Of a stretch of 64,000 bases of DNA, positions 1-13,000 are shown piece after piece. Below the pieces are notes generated by a model, which had not been told where the DNA came from, searched no databases, and was given only the letters and a program-made list of their open reading frames with translations. The DNA is from Leidyana gryllorum EB-2025a (taxonomy: Eukaryota > Protista > Apicomplexa): contig JBLWGC010000036.1 in the NCBI GenBank assembly GCA_048772705.1, forward strand, positions 248,001 to 312,000, in the 5' to 3' direction. The translations under genes and the position numbers were made by a program. Position 1 is the first letter of the stretch. The number at the start of each line of letters is the position of its first letter.

Positions 1-3000
1 CTCACAGATGGATGACCACAAAGTCTTCCAGTATGCCTCGGGTGAGAGTGTATTGAGTGCTGCAGCGGTGCGCACGTCTTCGTGCGCGGCGACAACATCA
101 AACGGTTGCGGACATCTGTCGAGAAACTTGCTGACAGATTCCCAAATGTGTCCGCGATAAAAGTCTCCTTTGGGGCATAGGCTTCCCCACCTCTCATACC
201 GCTCACCACCTGTGCTTTTCGCGTAGGGTGCGATCGCTTTCATCACTTTCGATTCGGGCCACTCCATAGCAACAGAGTGTAACTCTTCTACGCTTGTCCG
301 ATATTCGAGCATATCGTTTTCACCGGCAGCTTCTCGGTACTTTACCAAACCGTCAGCTAATTTCTGAATCAGAGTGTCGTCACCTCGCAACATGGTGGAT
401 GCACTCCGTTTCCGACTGTTTGGAACCACCTTTTCGCCGTCTGACATCATATTGGGTTCCTCCGCGACTCTGCGAAGGAGCAACTTGCGCCAGTCGAGCC
501 AGTCGAGCTCGGCTGCTAGAGATCGGAGACTCGCATTAACTCCGCATGGGAGAACGGCGTGATCTTGAAGGCCAAAAATGGATAAGAAATCACAGATTAC
601 GTCGTGTGAGAGTTGTTCCCGCTCCTCTCGTCGGCTTCGCAACAGCTGCTTCAGGTCTTGCATCACAGCAGTGTTGATGACCTGGGCCGTCGTCAAAGCG
701 CACAACAACTCAATGACAGACTTCAAGCTATTCATGATCCAGGGCAAACGGCCAGTCAGAGGGGCAGTATTGAGTGGATTGCTGGATACATTTAGGGGAG
801 CATCGGCCGATTGGCTCATTCCGACCTGACCCGTGGACGCAAAACTGGCCAGGAATATTCTGAGCCAGATGATCTTTGCATCAACAAACCACGGAGAATT
901 GCCCAGAAGGTCATTGAAACTCCCGGTATTCGAGGAGTCTAACCATGAATGGGGATAAAGGAAAGCTCTCGGATTAGTCTCGATCAAAGTCTGCACCAAT
1001 GGCTTTGGTGGCGTCTTGATTATTGCGAGCCTCAACAACGATACAAATAGGGGTCGCGTGGCATCTGCTGACTGCAATTGGAGGAAACACAGCGGTTTGT
1101 ACCGCGCTACGCGCAGCAGTTCCTGATAACACCCATAAAAGAGCGGAGAGTCTCCAGCTTTCATCGCCGCATTTGCCCGCTCGGCAGCAATATCCCGCAC
1201 AACTTCGTCAGGCCATGCCAACCGTCGCCACGAAGCGGTCCACCTCCGCATCAGAGACCGTATGGCCTCGTGCACGGAGGTCGGAAGTCGGAAGGCCACT
1301 ACTTTCTGGGTAGTACGGGCCGCCCCGTCTTGGCTTCCCTCATTGTTGCGGGCCGATACCAAAGGAGAAGACGCAACGCTGGATGTCGCCAGCCGATTGA
1401 CTTCGTTCACAGTGTCGGCAGCAGCTGCAATCGCTGCAGTGGGCCCCCCGTCCATCGCAGCTCGCGCAGCAGCGTTGGTGACGGTTCGGGCGACCAACTC
1501 ATAAGCCGGAACTTCATGACCGGTTCGACCATCGCCCTCAAAGTTAAGAAGCTCTTCTCTCATACGTGCGAAACTGAGATCTCCCAAATAGTCATTCACC
1601 TCATCCTCGCTCAGATACGGGACGTTGTCATCCTCCAAAGACTCGGACGAGTCAGAGTCTTCCCTCGAAGATCCTTCAGACTCGCTCGAGTCGCCATTAT
1701 TAGTGTCATCGGGTGCTCCCACGGTGTTGGCTCCCTCATCAGCTGTCTCATTGTTCTGCGTATGATCGCCATCTTCTTCCTCCTCCTCGTCGTCGTCCTC
1801 TTCTTCCTCTTCGTCTTCAATTGCCTCAGCTGCGTACATCACAATGGGATTATCGGGGTGGTGCAGGACGATTCTGGCTACGAGATTGACATTGTCTTCT
1901 GCCTCCTGAGTCTCTGCAGCACCCTGCTCTCCCGGATTGTCCGCGACCGGCTCATAAATGAGGGCCAACCCGTTCTCTGCCCCGTCGACCGCGGGAGTCT
2001 CGTTTTCTGTAGCCATTTGGGGGGGCTGTTGGGGACTCTCCGTTCCTGACGACACCGTGACCGAGGGAGTATACTCGTGGGGATACGGGGTGGGAACGTG
2101 CTCGCGAGGCTGATTCCGTTGCTGCTGAGGCGCAACTGTCAAAGGCGGTGTGCCCGGATTCTCATTGGCTATGTCCTCAAGGAGGGGAGCTATGTCTTCA
2201 GCCATCGCCTGCTCCTCCTCCATATTGTTTTGGGCCTGGTCACCCCCATTCTCAGCACCTGCTTGATTCTCGCCAGCTGGACTCCGCAACACCGTTATGG
2301 TGGCACCGTGAGGAGTAATGCGCCAATGGAAGGTCAGTTGATCGGTCCCTACGTCCGGTAGGCCTGGCAACAGTGTTTCACGAACTACTTCAGTCAGAGT
2401 TTGACGCCACGATTCTTCGAGGTCACCTACGTCACCTCCACCTTCAGTACGTCGTCGTTGTTCAAGCGCTGCCAAACCCATGATCCAAACAAGATTGGCG
2501 GGATTGCCTGCACCGAATGCTCTTGCTCAAGTCAAGAACAATCAACGCCAGCACACACACACAAACACATATCAGCACAACTCTTCACACACGGCTTTCG
2601 AGACTTACCACGTCGAATCAGCTCCAGCCTGGGCTGCTGTCTCGTCGGCAGATACTCTGTATTCATACTATCCACATTGACAATTCTTTGGGTCGCTCCG
2701 TTCCCAGGGTTCACTCGGTAGGAGAATCCAGCATCGTACCACTCGAAAGCATCAGGAGTGAGCTCATCGGTCATCAGACTTATTGAGCCCCCGTTTGGAG
2801 TTTCCGGACTCGACATTGAGCTCGCGGAACATTCCAGAGACTCGTATCCCGCAGAACTGGACGTCAACAGCGAAGCGGGAAACACTCCCGGGTGACTGCT
2901 GTCCCACAGTAATGCTCGAGCCAGCTTCTCCAGTTCTCCAAATGCTCCGTCTCCACTGGGACCTTTGCGTAACATGGAGGCCAACGGCAAATATGGGATC

Positions 3001-6000
3001 ACACAATTCGAAACAGCTCTGCACATGGGACAACTGAACTCGCCATCCTGAGTCTTTATCTGGATGGGGTTCGATCGGTTTCGTCTGTTTTCGATCTGAT
3101 GTTTCTCCAAACAGCCCAAGTGGACAATGTGACCACAAACGGCGAAGCTCGGGATGCTGTATGGGACTGCAGCAACGGGACCGCCTCCAGGGGCGCAAGC
3201 CGATACCTTGGGTATGTCCTCAGCCTCCGGGACTGACAGAAGGACACTATAGTGACGTCGGAGTAGATTAGCGTCGCTCGCGAAGGCTAACATGCCCAAA
3301 AAGTTCCGTCCGCTGGGCCCCTCGTGGCAGATAGCACATTCGGTTCGCTTGTAGTCGGTCATCTCCAAACGAGCGAGTATATCCTCACTGATTGTCTCCT
3401 TGTGTTCCTTCTCGATACGCCGGATTGCGCAATCCAGCCTTCCAATGAAAGGACGGAACGCGTCTTCGAATCCGTTGGAGACCATTGGGCCCGCCGTGAC
3501 GTCTTCGACGCTCCCAGAACCTCCCAGCGTGTCAGTACCATCCAACAGGTTGGCATCGTCATCCAGTTCCTCGCCTTCGGCCATCCACTTTGCCACCAAG
3601 TCAGCCTGCATTTTCTTGTACTCGGCCATCAAAGCATCTTGTTCAGCTCTCCCTTTCTCGACCGAAATGCCCGGGACTGAGCTGGTCGCACTGTCTCCCA
3701 TATCGTGACCACCGTGTCCGCTCCACCACCCCTTGTCGGCCGCCAAATCATCCAAGCGTTGGGCCGCAACAGAGACTATTCTCTGTGTGAATGGCTCAAG
3801 CGGGGTGTCAGCCAGGAGGCTCAGACGTGCGCGAGTGGCTTTCGCCAAGTCAGCAGCGCGTGTGTGTAAGAAGTCGTCGATGCCAACAAGTCCACTTAAC
3901 GTTGACGGTCCCTCCCACCACAACGGAAGGACAGTATCGCAAAGTGTTTTGAGGACAAAGGTGATGATTCGCTCGCGAGAGCTCTCTTCGAACTGGACAG
4001 AGTCCTTGGCATCGTCGAGGTTGTTGATCTCATCGATAGCCGCTTGCTGATGTCTCTGGTAGTCGAGGCACGAGTCCAATGCGTTTAATATTAAGCCGAG
4101 CAAAGTGCCGTTCCCGGAGAGTAATCGTGCAACAAATACAGTCTTCTTGTAGAATTCTTCGGTCATTAAAGCTTTCATGCGGGGCCAGGCTGGACCAATG
4201 AGGGTAGCACCTGAGGCCTTCAGCAGGCTCTCCTCGGCCTCCGATAATTCGCAATGATTCAAGTCCAGTGTCAGGAGATCAGGAAGATCCCAAGCGGTTT
4301 CCATCAGTGTAAAGGTCGTCACTCCACCGCCCGAGTTGCGAGTGGCTATGCGTTGCAACAAGGTATTCGTGAGCGTATGTGATTTCCATTCGCCCGGGAG
4401 ACGCTGTTCAAGGGCACTGAAGCTGATACGGTTCATTAAGGCGAGACCGCGAGCCAGTTCGAGCACCAGCAGAGCCTCTGTTCTCCGAGCGTATTCGCTT
4501 CGAACGGCCGCGGTCGGTCTTGTCGACAGACGCGGCTCCTGGGTCGCCAGGTGCTCCTTGCTGATCGAACACTTCTCCATGGTCCTCATTCCGAGAGACA
4601 TTAGACTCGCCAGATAGAACCACATATTCGTCAGACGCGTGATTGGAGCATCGGCTCGGACGTGGTTACAAATCTCGAGTACGTCAGACAGCTTGCGGTC
4701 GGGCCCGAAAGCTAAGTCCATTGCCTTTGTCTGGTACAGTATGTGGGGGCACCGGAGCTCAGGGACCTCCTGAATGACTTTAGGCGTGTTGTTTGGCTGT
4801 GCATTTGGCCCTTCCGGAAGCCACAAGTAGTGATCGAGTGTGGTCAGCAGGAAGAGATCGCGCTCTTCTGGCCTGGAAGAAGGCGTAAGAAGCTCACTCA
4901 TTCGGAGACAGACCATACACCATAAGGTGTACATGATGTCCATTCGGCAATTGTAACCTGTGTACAATGCATTTTGCTTAATGATACTCCCGCCGTTCCG
5001 AACCCAGAATCCGTCCCGGATCTCTACAGAGCGACAGAGGAGACTTTGTATTTCCCTCAAAGTCAATACCAGAGTTGTCCGGTTGAAGACACTCAGAATC
5101 TTGGCCGTCAGGTCGGTGGCCCGTTGCGTAGTGGAGGTACTCTCCCCCGCTGCGGCCCGCAACGCACCCGCAAAGGCCTCCAAACAGCCCTCATAGTGGG
5201 TTACTTGTGCAACCAGCCTAATGGGGTCCATATGGAAGGACACTTCGTCTTTGCCCAGAGCCTTCTGAACCGCAACCGCTTGCACCAAGGCGGACTGACT
5301 CAAGTTTAACAATGCTTGGAACTCGGCGGTCCCCAAGACGCTCGGAGGCGGTTTCTCTGCACACCGTGGGCTGCTTGGAGGAGTAATAAACTCCTCAGTG
5401 CTCGTTTCGCCGAAGAGTTGTGGCCGATCTCCTCCGAATAAGAATCCACCTCCAGCCAAGGGGAGACGTACCCAATCATACTGAACATTCGAAATGCGAG
5501 TTGGTCACCAATGGGCAGTATCACTCACGAATTTGTACATCCCTTTGTGGAAGTTACGACTCACAGAGAAAAAGTCGTCGCACAACTTGTTCTCGTAGGG
5601 CACATGCGCCCGAGTCGCGCGCTAGAGAGAGGTGATGATGAGACTGATCAGACGTCGACCGCTTACCAGCTGTATGTCGCCGGTGTGATGTTGGGCCACG
5701 TAAGCCAGGAGCGGTTGCATGGATACATTCAAGTATTGCAGAAGCTTGTGCGGGGGAGCAGCGCGGAGGATGTAGCGGAGCGATACCGAGAAGGCGAAGA
5801 CGAAGGAAGCCTGTTGAGAGCAAGCCTCACTGATGACGGCCATCTTGCGAGTCACCACTTGATGCAGAAGCTTCCCTAAGGCTCCGCTCTCACAGAGATC
5901 GCACGCAACATCAGCTACGGTGAAAACCTGAACTGAAAAAGCCAGCAGACCGCGGTCGCTCGCTTCATACGGATTAGCTCCGGTGCGCTCAATCGGAGCG

Positions 6001-6959
6001 CCGTTAGCGTCAGTTGCACCATGCATCGCCAGAAATAGGGACCCCATTGCAACCCCAAAGTCGCGTTTGAATTTCGGGAACCCAGCCATCGCCAGGAGTA
6101 ATCGCTGCAAAGCCTTTTGAGCGTTCGGGTGCAGATCTTTGTGCTGCAGGATACTTTGATTGATACGGCTTTGAGAGAAGAAGTACTCCTCCACTAAACG
6201 TCGAGTAGCGAAGGCTGCAGAGATTTCTGGTCACAGGAGAGCGACAAATGACGCCACTTACACAAACCGGCTGTGGCGATCAACCAGTCCGACATTCGCC
6301 GAATCGAGACCATAACATCGGTGGGGGACATACAGTCTGGTCGTTCCGTCTCGGGATCATAAAAGCCTTCTGGAAGAATCGGTTTTCGACCTTCCGCGGT
6401 AGATCCGAGCAACTCCCAGTAGAAATCGCTCAGCTTAGAGTACGCAATCGTAGCTCGGACCCGAAATCCTGGACTCTTCTCTTCCAAAACTCCCAATTGA
6501 CCTTCAGCTATCCGGATGTATTGCTCCTCTGTGACGCCTCCATGATCTGGACAACATCCTTCTGCGGCCCAGCTCTGTGATAAGCAGTACCTAGCATTCC
6601 ACCCACGCACGACTTACGCTCAAATCTCCACAATCACAACAGCCTCCGGCCGTGCGAATGAATTGGAATGTATGACCCTCGTGATTACTTTTGAAGAAGC
6701 ACTCCACACACATTGCACAGGTACTGTCCGACTGGCAGTCGTGGCATCTTACGGCGATGGAGTCGGCATTCCATTGCTCGGGACATGCTCCCCCTCTGCT
6801 GTCGCCAGCCAGCTCGGCCAGTGTAGGTTTATACGCTGTGGTCTGGAGGAGATAAGACCATATTGACGGTTCCGTGGCACTTCCCAGCTCGTTTAGCACG
6901 TTTTGAGGTTTGAATGCATATGTCAGATCCTCTTTGTCCCTAAGAAGCGATCCTGCCAT
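1..6959 (-). CDS. UBR1/UBR2-type N-end-rule E3 ubiquitin ligase (multi-exon, 3' end beyond window start)
   Basis: UBR box RCHDCQSDSTCAMCVECFFKSNHEGH...GGCCDCGD (6620-6780). Conserved RATRAHVPYE exon. RING-H2 CAICHE...CGHIVHLGC...FSCPMCRAVSNCVIP (about 2990-3345). GT-AG introns join ORFs 6591-6962, 6194-6610, 5622-6194 and 2532-5459. An intron at about 2509-2608 leads into an open minus-strand frame with an acidic tract that runs to position 1; the ORF track misses it because it has no stop in the window. Confidence 0.9.
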
Positions 6960-7073
6960 CAAGTTATACCATTTCTCACTCTATTTCGAAAAAGGTCTCG
7001 ACACTGCTTGACTGAACCATCTAAGGTACTAATGAAAATTTGAACATGTGGAAAAACACGTGTTCGCTATGCT

Positions 7074-8127
7074 ATGTTTGTGCTTCAATGCTGGGTATCA
7101 GCCATGTTAATTTGTGTGTTCGGGCTGGATTACCACACGCCTGGCCAGGCTAACCTTATTCCCGACCTATCTCCTCCAGACTTTGAATCGCAAGCCTGGC
7201 CCTATGATCCCGGGGTTGTGCGTCTCCCCGATCCTATAGGTTCTGTCGCAGGGATGGCTGAAGGGGTGCTGAACGGCGTCAGTGGCGGCGCCAAGCAGTT
7301 CATGGATGCGGCGCCGCCCATCATAGGGCCTGCCGACATGGCGGTATGTGAATACATGTCCACGCCGAACTCAGATCTCATCTTTGACAGGTCAACAAAG
7401 CTTTTGCTACCATTGGCGCTGCACTCATCCCACCCTCAGCATATAGCGCTGACCAAGCAGAATATCAGCGACTCAGCCAGCCACCGCTTCTCAACTTTCA
7501 GTTACGCAAAAGTCAGGAGGACCTCGAACCAGATGGCCCAGAAGAGCTGGCGCTGACATCCCTTTTAGCGGATTGGACATCAGACGTAGACGAGTCCCTG
7601 AAAAGGCTGCATGCCCACAGAAAGCGACTTTTCGATGGAGTCAATCGTATAGCTAGATATGCTTCGACAGATCCTCGGAAGATGATAGAAAAGAAGAACA
7701 ATGGTGGCTACACAGGATACGGAAAAGGCACGCTCACTGACCGGCTGATGGAGTCAGCCACCGAGCGGCTGCCTGGTTCTTTTGTTGAGGTAATTGACGC
7801 AGCTCTGAACTGTACACTGACTTGGTGCTGCAGAATCCCTGGAGTCCAGTGAAGATGTCCAAGCTGATGGGGGCTAATCTCGCTCGACCATTCTCCGAGT
7901 TCCCAGGGGGCAGGCGGTCATTGAAAACCACTTCGATGTCGGAATTAGTCGGCACTGGCAAGATCGAACTGGATCCAATAAAATGGTCACACTTGTCCTA
8001 TTCGGAACAATCAGACTACGAGCCAGGAGTACTTGCAAGTGGTATACTCGCATTGAAACGTTCTGCTACACCCATTCGACCAGAACGTATGGATGCCCCA
8101 GTCAATTCTCCTACAGGAGGAGGGTGA
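7074..8127 (+). CDS. Putative secreted protein, unknown function (3 exons)
   Basis: Hydrophobic N-terminus MFVLQCWVSAMLICVFG. Introns at about 7345-7391 (gtatgt..gacag) and 7790-7833 (gtaatt..tgcag) give one continuous frame to the TGA at 8125-8127. The 3' end could extend further. Confidence 0.6.
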
Positions 8128-8532
8128 GGCTTGATTTGACGGATTTGTACAATAAAAATGTTCCCGATTCACGAGTGTCCGAGTCCAGCGCCTGCGCGAG
8201 AGAAACATCGGACTTCTCGACTTGACGACGCAGACAGTGCTCGGACAAGTCATCTCGTTACGTCATATGGTGACGTGGCCATTGAAGAGTGATCGATAGA
8301 TAGAGAGTCGTACACCTCGAAAGTAGTTCAATGATACAGTAGAAGGACGGCATGGGGCCCGACCGGCCCGAGAGTTTGCCTAAAGCTCAAATACTTCTTC
8401 GTTCCACGACTAAATCGGAATAACTTCGCCGTGCCACAATTTTCGTGCATTGGACGCACATCCTCGATAAGATCAACTAAAATCAAATACTTGTAGATCA
8501 ATCAGAGATATAGATCATCAGTGAGACCAGTA

Positions 8533-9411
8533 CTACCAGTCAATGGATACCTCGCTTCGCGCCGCGGGAGCCCTTTTCTGGGCTGCCGCAGACGTTCCTA
8601 GTGAAGTCGACACAAGAACAATGACTCCCCCAACAGCCGCAATGACACCAGCACCTGCTATGTAGTATTCGGCTTGGCTGTTTAGGGGTTTGTGATCGAA
8701 AGGAGTGGTAGTCCAGGATCTTTCGGTTTGCTCAGTGCCAACCAACTCAATCTCTTGGAGTGACCACGCTTCCCATGCCGGAGTTGTTTCTACTAACACT
8801 TTTACTTCCTTTGACAGAACGGAGCCGGCCTCCATATAATTCAGAGGCAGAACGGTAATCCTATTGGATGCATCGAGGGGTCTCAATGTTTCCCGCCATT
8901 GAACCGCCAGTTTCTCAGGTCGCAGCGGCGCAATGGTGATCAAAATAACCGGCGGGCCTTCGGGGACTCGTAACAGGTCCCCATTGGATAAAATATCAGC
9001 GACCACTGGTCTGTTGGTGAGCACAATGGAAGGAGTTGATGCCAATGGAGGAGCGGGAAGACGCGAAGCTTCGTCAGCACCTCCTCCCTCCGTCAGCGAA
9101 CCAACTGACTCGCCTGTGACACCAGCTTGGCGAGCACCCGCCTGCAGGAGTTGTAGAAGAGAAGACGAATCATCGAGTCGTCTGGTACGAATCTGATTAT
9201 TAACGGCTCCCAAGACCTCAGATAGATGTATCGGTGAAGACACTAACACACGTGGCAGAGCTTCCTGACAGTTCTCAAAAACGGTGCCGACAGCATGAGC
9301 TTCTACACAGACAGCAAATGGTAACAGATCATCATGCAGCGACTTTGGAACAATCAGAGGCCCATTCAAAGCCGCGACACTGGTCAGTAGGAGTAAAGAT
9401 AGGATGTTCAT
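8533..9411 (-). CDS. Type I membrane protein: signal peptide, C-terminal TM and short tail ending in Trp (TRAP/MIC-like tail)
   Basis: Intronless ORF. MNILSLLLLTSVAA signal from ATG 9411, TM YYIAGAGVIAAVGGVIVLV, tail ...RSEVSIDW*. Confidence 0.75.
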   Translation of the reverse strand: MNILSLLLLTSVAALNGPLIVPKSLHDDLLPFAVCVEAHAVGTVFENCQEALPRVLVSSPIHLSEVLGAVNNQIRTRRLDDSSSLLQLLQAGARQAGVTGESVGSLTEGGGADEASRLPAPPLASTPSIVLTNRPVVADILSNGDLLRVPEGPPVILITIAPLRPEKLAVQWRETLRPLDASNRITVLPLNYMEAGSVLSKEVKVLVETTPAWEAWSLQEIELVGTEQTERSWTTTPFDHKPLNSQAEYYIAGAGVIAAVGGVIVLVSTSLGTSAAAQKRAPAARSEVSIDW

Positions 9412-9459
9412 TGGATCTATAGATTCGTAAAAATGATCTGATGCATGCGTTGACACACA

Positions 9460-10032
9460 ATGTCAGGTGAAAAGAAGTCTTTCTTGCTGTTGCCTTTGGC
9501 TGCCGCGGCGATTATTTTCAGTGCTTTGCTCGCCGGACGCCATGCGTGGACAATCTACATGGCGGTTACTTCGCCCGAGTGGCCGGCTGTTGGGAATCTG
9601 CTTCGTTTGATATTCGTGGCCATTCAAGGTCTCTTGGCTTTCTTTGGACTTTTGGCCGCCATCATCCGCTGGCCTAAGGGAGCGCAGCTGGCTGCACAAG
9701 CGTACAAGTTCTTGACAATGATCCTCCTGGTTGAGTTCTGTCTCACTTGGTGGGAATGGGGCTTCCGATTGGGTGGCAAAGCGTGGTCTAAGGGAGAGAA
9801 CGGGGATGAGAATTTGCATCTCGTGGACGTGGAAAAGTGGAAGCCGAGTGCTGGGGAGATCACTGAGATGGTGTTCTACAGTCTCATTGTGATTGTCATC
9901 TTTGTCTTCGTCCGCGCTATCATCGATGTCTTCAACTCTCTGGCAGCTGTACTTCGGTGCGGAGGGTCTGGTTGGGAGTACAAGAACGCAGAACAATTGA
10001 AGAGCGGTGGTCGTGGGAACGACGCAGTTTAG
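9460..10032 (+). CDS. Four-TM membrane protein, unknown function
   Basis: 190-aa intronless ORF with four hydrophobic segments and a C-terminal GGSGWEYK motif. Confidence 0.75.
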   Translation: MSGEKKSFLLLPLAAAAIIFSALLAGRHAWTIYMAVTSPEWPAVGNLLRLIFVAIQGLLAFFGLLAAIIRWPKGAQLAAQAYKFLTMILLVEFCLTWWEWGFRLGGKAWSKGENGDENLHLVDVEKWKPSAGEITEMVFYSLIVIVIFVFVRAIIDVFNSLAAVLRCGGSGWEYKNAEQLKSGGRGNDAV

Positions 10033-10058
10033 ATTTATATATGCAGCTAACCTCACAC

Positions 10059-13000
10059 TCACTGAAATCGAGCTCGATTAATGACGATCTTCTGTGTGCC
10101 TGGAGCGGGCGAACGATACTGGGCTTCAGGAGCCGTGATAGACGTAACATTGGGTCCAATACGACCGTCTCCCACCTCGACGGGGTGTATCACTACTTGT
10201 TCTCGCGGTTGCAACGATTGGGTAGTGGGCAGCCCGCTTGTGGGGACCGCAGTGCTCTGCGTCATTGGCCTCACGAACGGAGACTGGGCCAACCCAGGCT
10301 GCCACACCGGACTCGATATAGGGGGGCCATGGACGAACGAGGCCACGGGAATTGACATTGGTCGCTGAACTGATTGGATGTCATTCATCGTGTTCTGTAA
10401 CGAAGACATCAGCCTCTCATTCTCCCGTAACAATCTGCTCGTGTCCTCTTCGGCCACTTGTCGCCGGTGTTCCGCTTGTTGGAGTTGTTTCTTCAGATTC
10501 GACACCACACCCTTCGCCTTTTCCCGATCCATCTTGCACAACGTTCGTGCCTCCTCGAGCGCGCCTGAGTATCCCGCAGCCAATCTCTCTAATTCACGGT
10601 TCCGTTCTTCAATTACTTCGGCTGAGCCGCGAAGTGACTCCAGTGTTGACTCCCAATCCGCTGCACACTGTAGTGACCGCCAATAACACTGACTGCAAAC
10701 TCACCGTGAGTGGTTCGGGTACTTTGGTAAACTTCAGCCAGAGATGGGTCGCCTTGCACGAGAGCCAAACGCAGATCCTCGCCCAGTTGCCACAGCTTGC
10801 GTACTCGGGCCAGCACTCGGACCACCTCGGGCTTGCCTTCGCTCTCCTTGAAGGTGTTCCGACTCATCATACCGTTCATCGCCTCGCCGAATGCGCCTCC
10901 GATCACCGAGCTGCGGGGTGGACGCGGGTGGGAGGTCTCAAATAAGCATTCAATCAAACGCTGTTTCAATACATGAACTATCTCGGCCGCGCCTCCGGCA
11001 CAACGAACAGCGGTGAAAGCCACCGGACTGTCGACGTGAGCGACACAATTCGAATATACAGTTGCAGAAGGGGTACCGAGTGCTTTGTCCAAAGGATCGC
11101 CAGTTTCGGCGTCTCCCTCTTGAGCAGACGATACTCGGGAATTGAATTCTCCATCATTCGGGTTCAGTGTTTGACTTCGCTTCATCGTCCGTCTCACATT
11201 CTTCAGCTCCTCCTGCAGGGCAGTTTCCCGTCGGAAAGCCTCCTGAATCGAATTTGCCATTCATCAAACAAGTCTTCTGCCTACCTGAACGTTGGCTTTC
11301 ATACTGGCCAGCTGGTGTTCAGCATCGAGAGCGCGAGTCTCGTACTGACGTCCCCACTCTTCAGTCTCTCTCACCGCCGTCTTGGCCTCCTGCAGCTCCG
11401 CCTTCATTCTATTGCGAGCCGCGTCGGCGTCGCCAACCTGGCGAAGCGGCGTTTGTGTGTGTGCAAAGAAACGACGGACCCACCAGTGCCTTATGATGGC
11501 GAAGTTCTCGTTCCAAGTCTTCATTAGTCCGTTCTAATTGTTGAACCCGCATCGTCAGACTGGAGACCTCAATGGTAACTTGTTGGGACTTCTTTAAACT
11601 TTCCTCCAACACGGATGTCTGATGAGAGAAGAGAGGCACGGAACGAGTTCGATCTACTAATGCAGAGATTCCTACGGATGAGCGTTTGAGTTCGTCGTTT
11701 AGCTCCTTCAACTGCTCGTTCTCGTGTTTGGCGTCGTTGTATCGTCGCTCAGCAATAGAGATCTCCACCTGCAATCCACTCAGTTCCTTGCGAGCTCGAC
11801 CCAGAGACTCGTTCATTTCATCCCTCTCCTTCCGCAGGTCGGCCAACTCTCTCTTGAGGTCTTGCTCCCTCTGCTGTGATGCCTCCAACTGCACAGCTTG
11901 ACGGTCCTTTAGTGATTGCAGCTCAATAATCTGCCGCTGAGTCGAAGCCTCGCGAGCCGACATGGCCGTATTGAACTCGCTCTGCAATTTGAAATTGTAT
12001 CTCACTCTGCCCCCTCTCACCCCTTTCTGGTTGATGTTTCTCATTTGATCCTGCAGGTCTTTGTTCGATTTCTCGGCGACATCCAGCTGCAGCGAGGGTG
12101 ACACATATCGAATATAGACACTCGTGTATCATACCTTTATCTGCACCAAAGTGATCTCGTTCGAGAGTCGTGCTTCCGCTAAAGTCTTCTCGCTCAGTTC
12201 GCCTGCCAGTTTCATTTTCTCATTGCGCAACGCAGAGATTTCATCTTCCAGCTGTTTGACAGACATTATCTCCATCGACTTGCGATGGTTGTTGTCCTGG
12301 TTGATCTGGTCCAGTTGACGCTTAGTCCTTTCCAACTCCCTCTGGACCTCATCCCGAGACTCCTCGATCTGACGCATATTGGCAGTGAGCTGTCTCACAT
12401 GTTCAGTCAGATCCGCGACCTTTTGTTCAGCCTGAGGGGTGAAATTGATTAATAGTGTGTGTGGCATAGCACCTCGACTCACTTTCACCGCTTTTGTGGT
12501 CGCTTCCCTCTCCAAAGAGGCCTTCTCAGAGTGGAGATGTGACACATCAGCCTCCAATTGACGCTGAAGTGCCTTTACCTTCTCCTTTAACTCATGGCTT
12601 TCGTTGATGGCTGACTCGGCTTTGCGGACAGCGTCGTCCTTTTCATTGGACACTTTATCGAGCTGGAGCTCTTTCTCATGGAGGGCAGCTCGTACACGGC
12701 TGACTTCCTGGGTGAGTTCAGCCTTGGCGTTCTGAGCCTCATCTGCCTCACGAATGAGCTCTTGTCGACCTGCATCATCGGACGCGCCCATTTGAGCGAT
12801 GCGCTCTTTGAGGTCCTCGATCTGCTGAGTCTTATAGGACAGGTCTCGCAGTGTGTCTTCGTAGAGACATTGGTTATGGGTCAGACTGGACTGTGTCTCC
12901 TGCAGAGTTTGTTTCAGCTGCTCCGCCTCGGTCTCCTTGGCGGTTCGTTCAGCTTGCACCATATTGAGATCCTCCTTGAGGAACCGTGTCTCGCGTTCGT

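Noticed and set aside
1078-2049. 323-aa plus-strand ORF with an apparent TM segment
   Set aside because: Antisense shadow of the acidic (Glu/Asp) stretch in the UBR ligase exon on the minus strand.
8128-8532. 400-bp gap between convergent genes as a possible ncRNA or extra exon
   Set aside because: No convincing C/D, H/ACA or tRNA structure and no unambiguous exon; probably UTRs, left uncalled.
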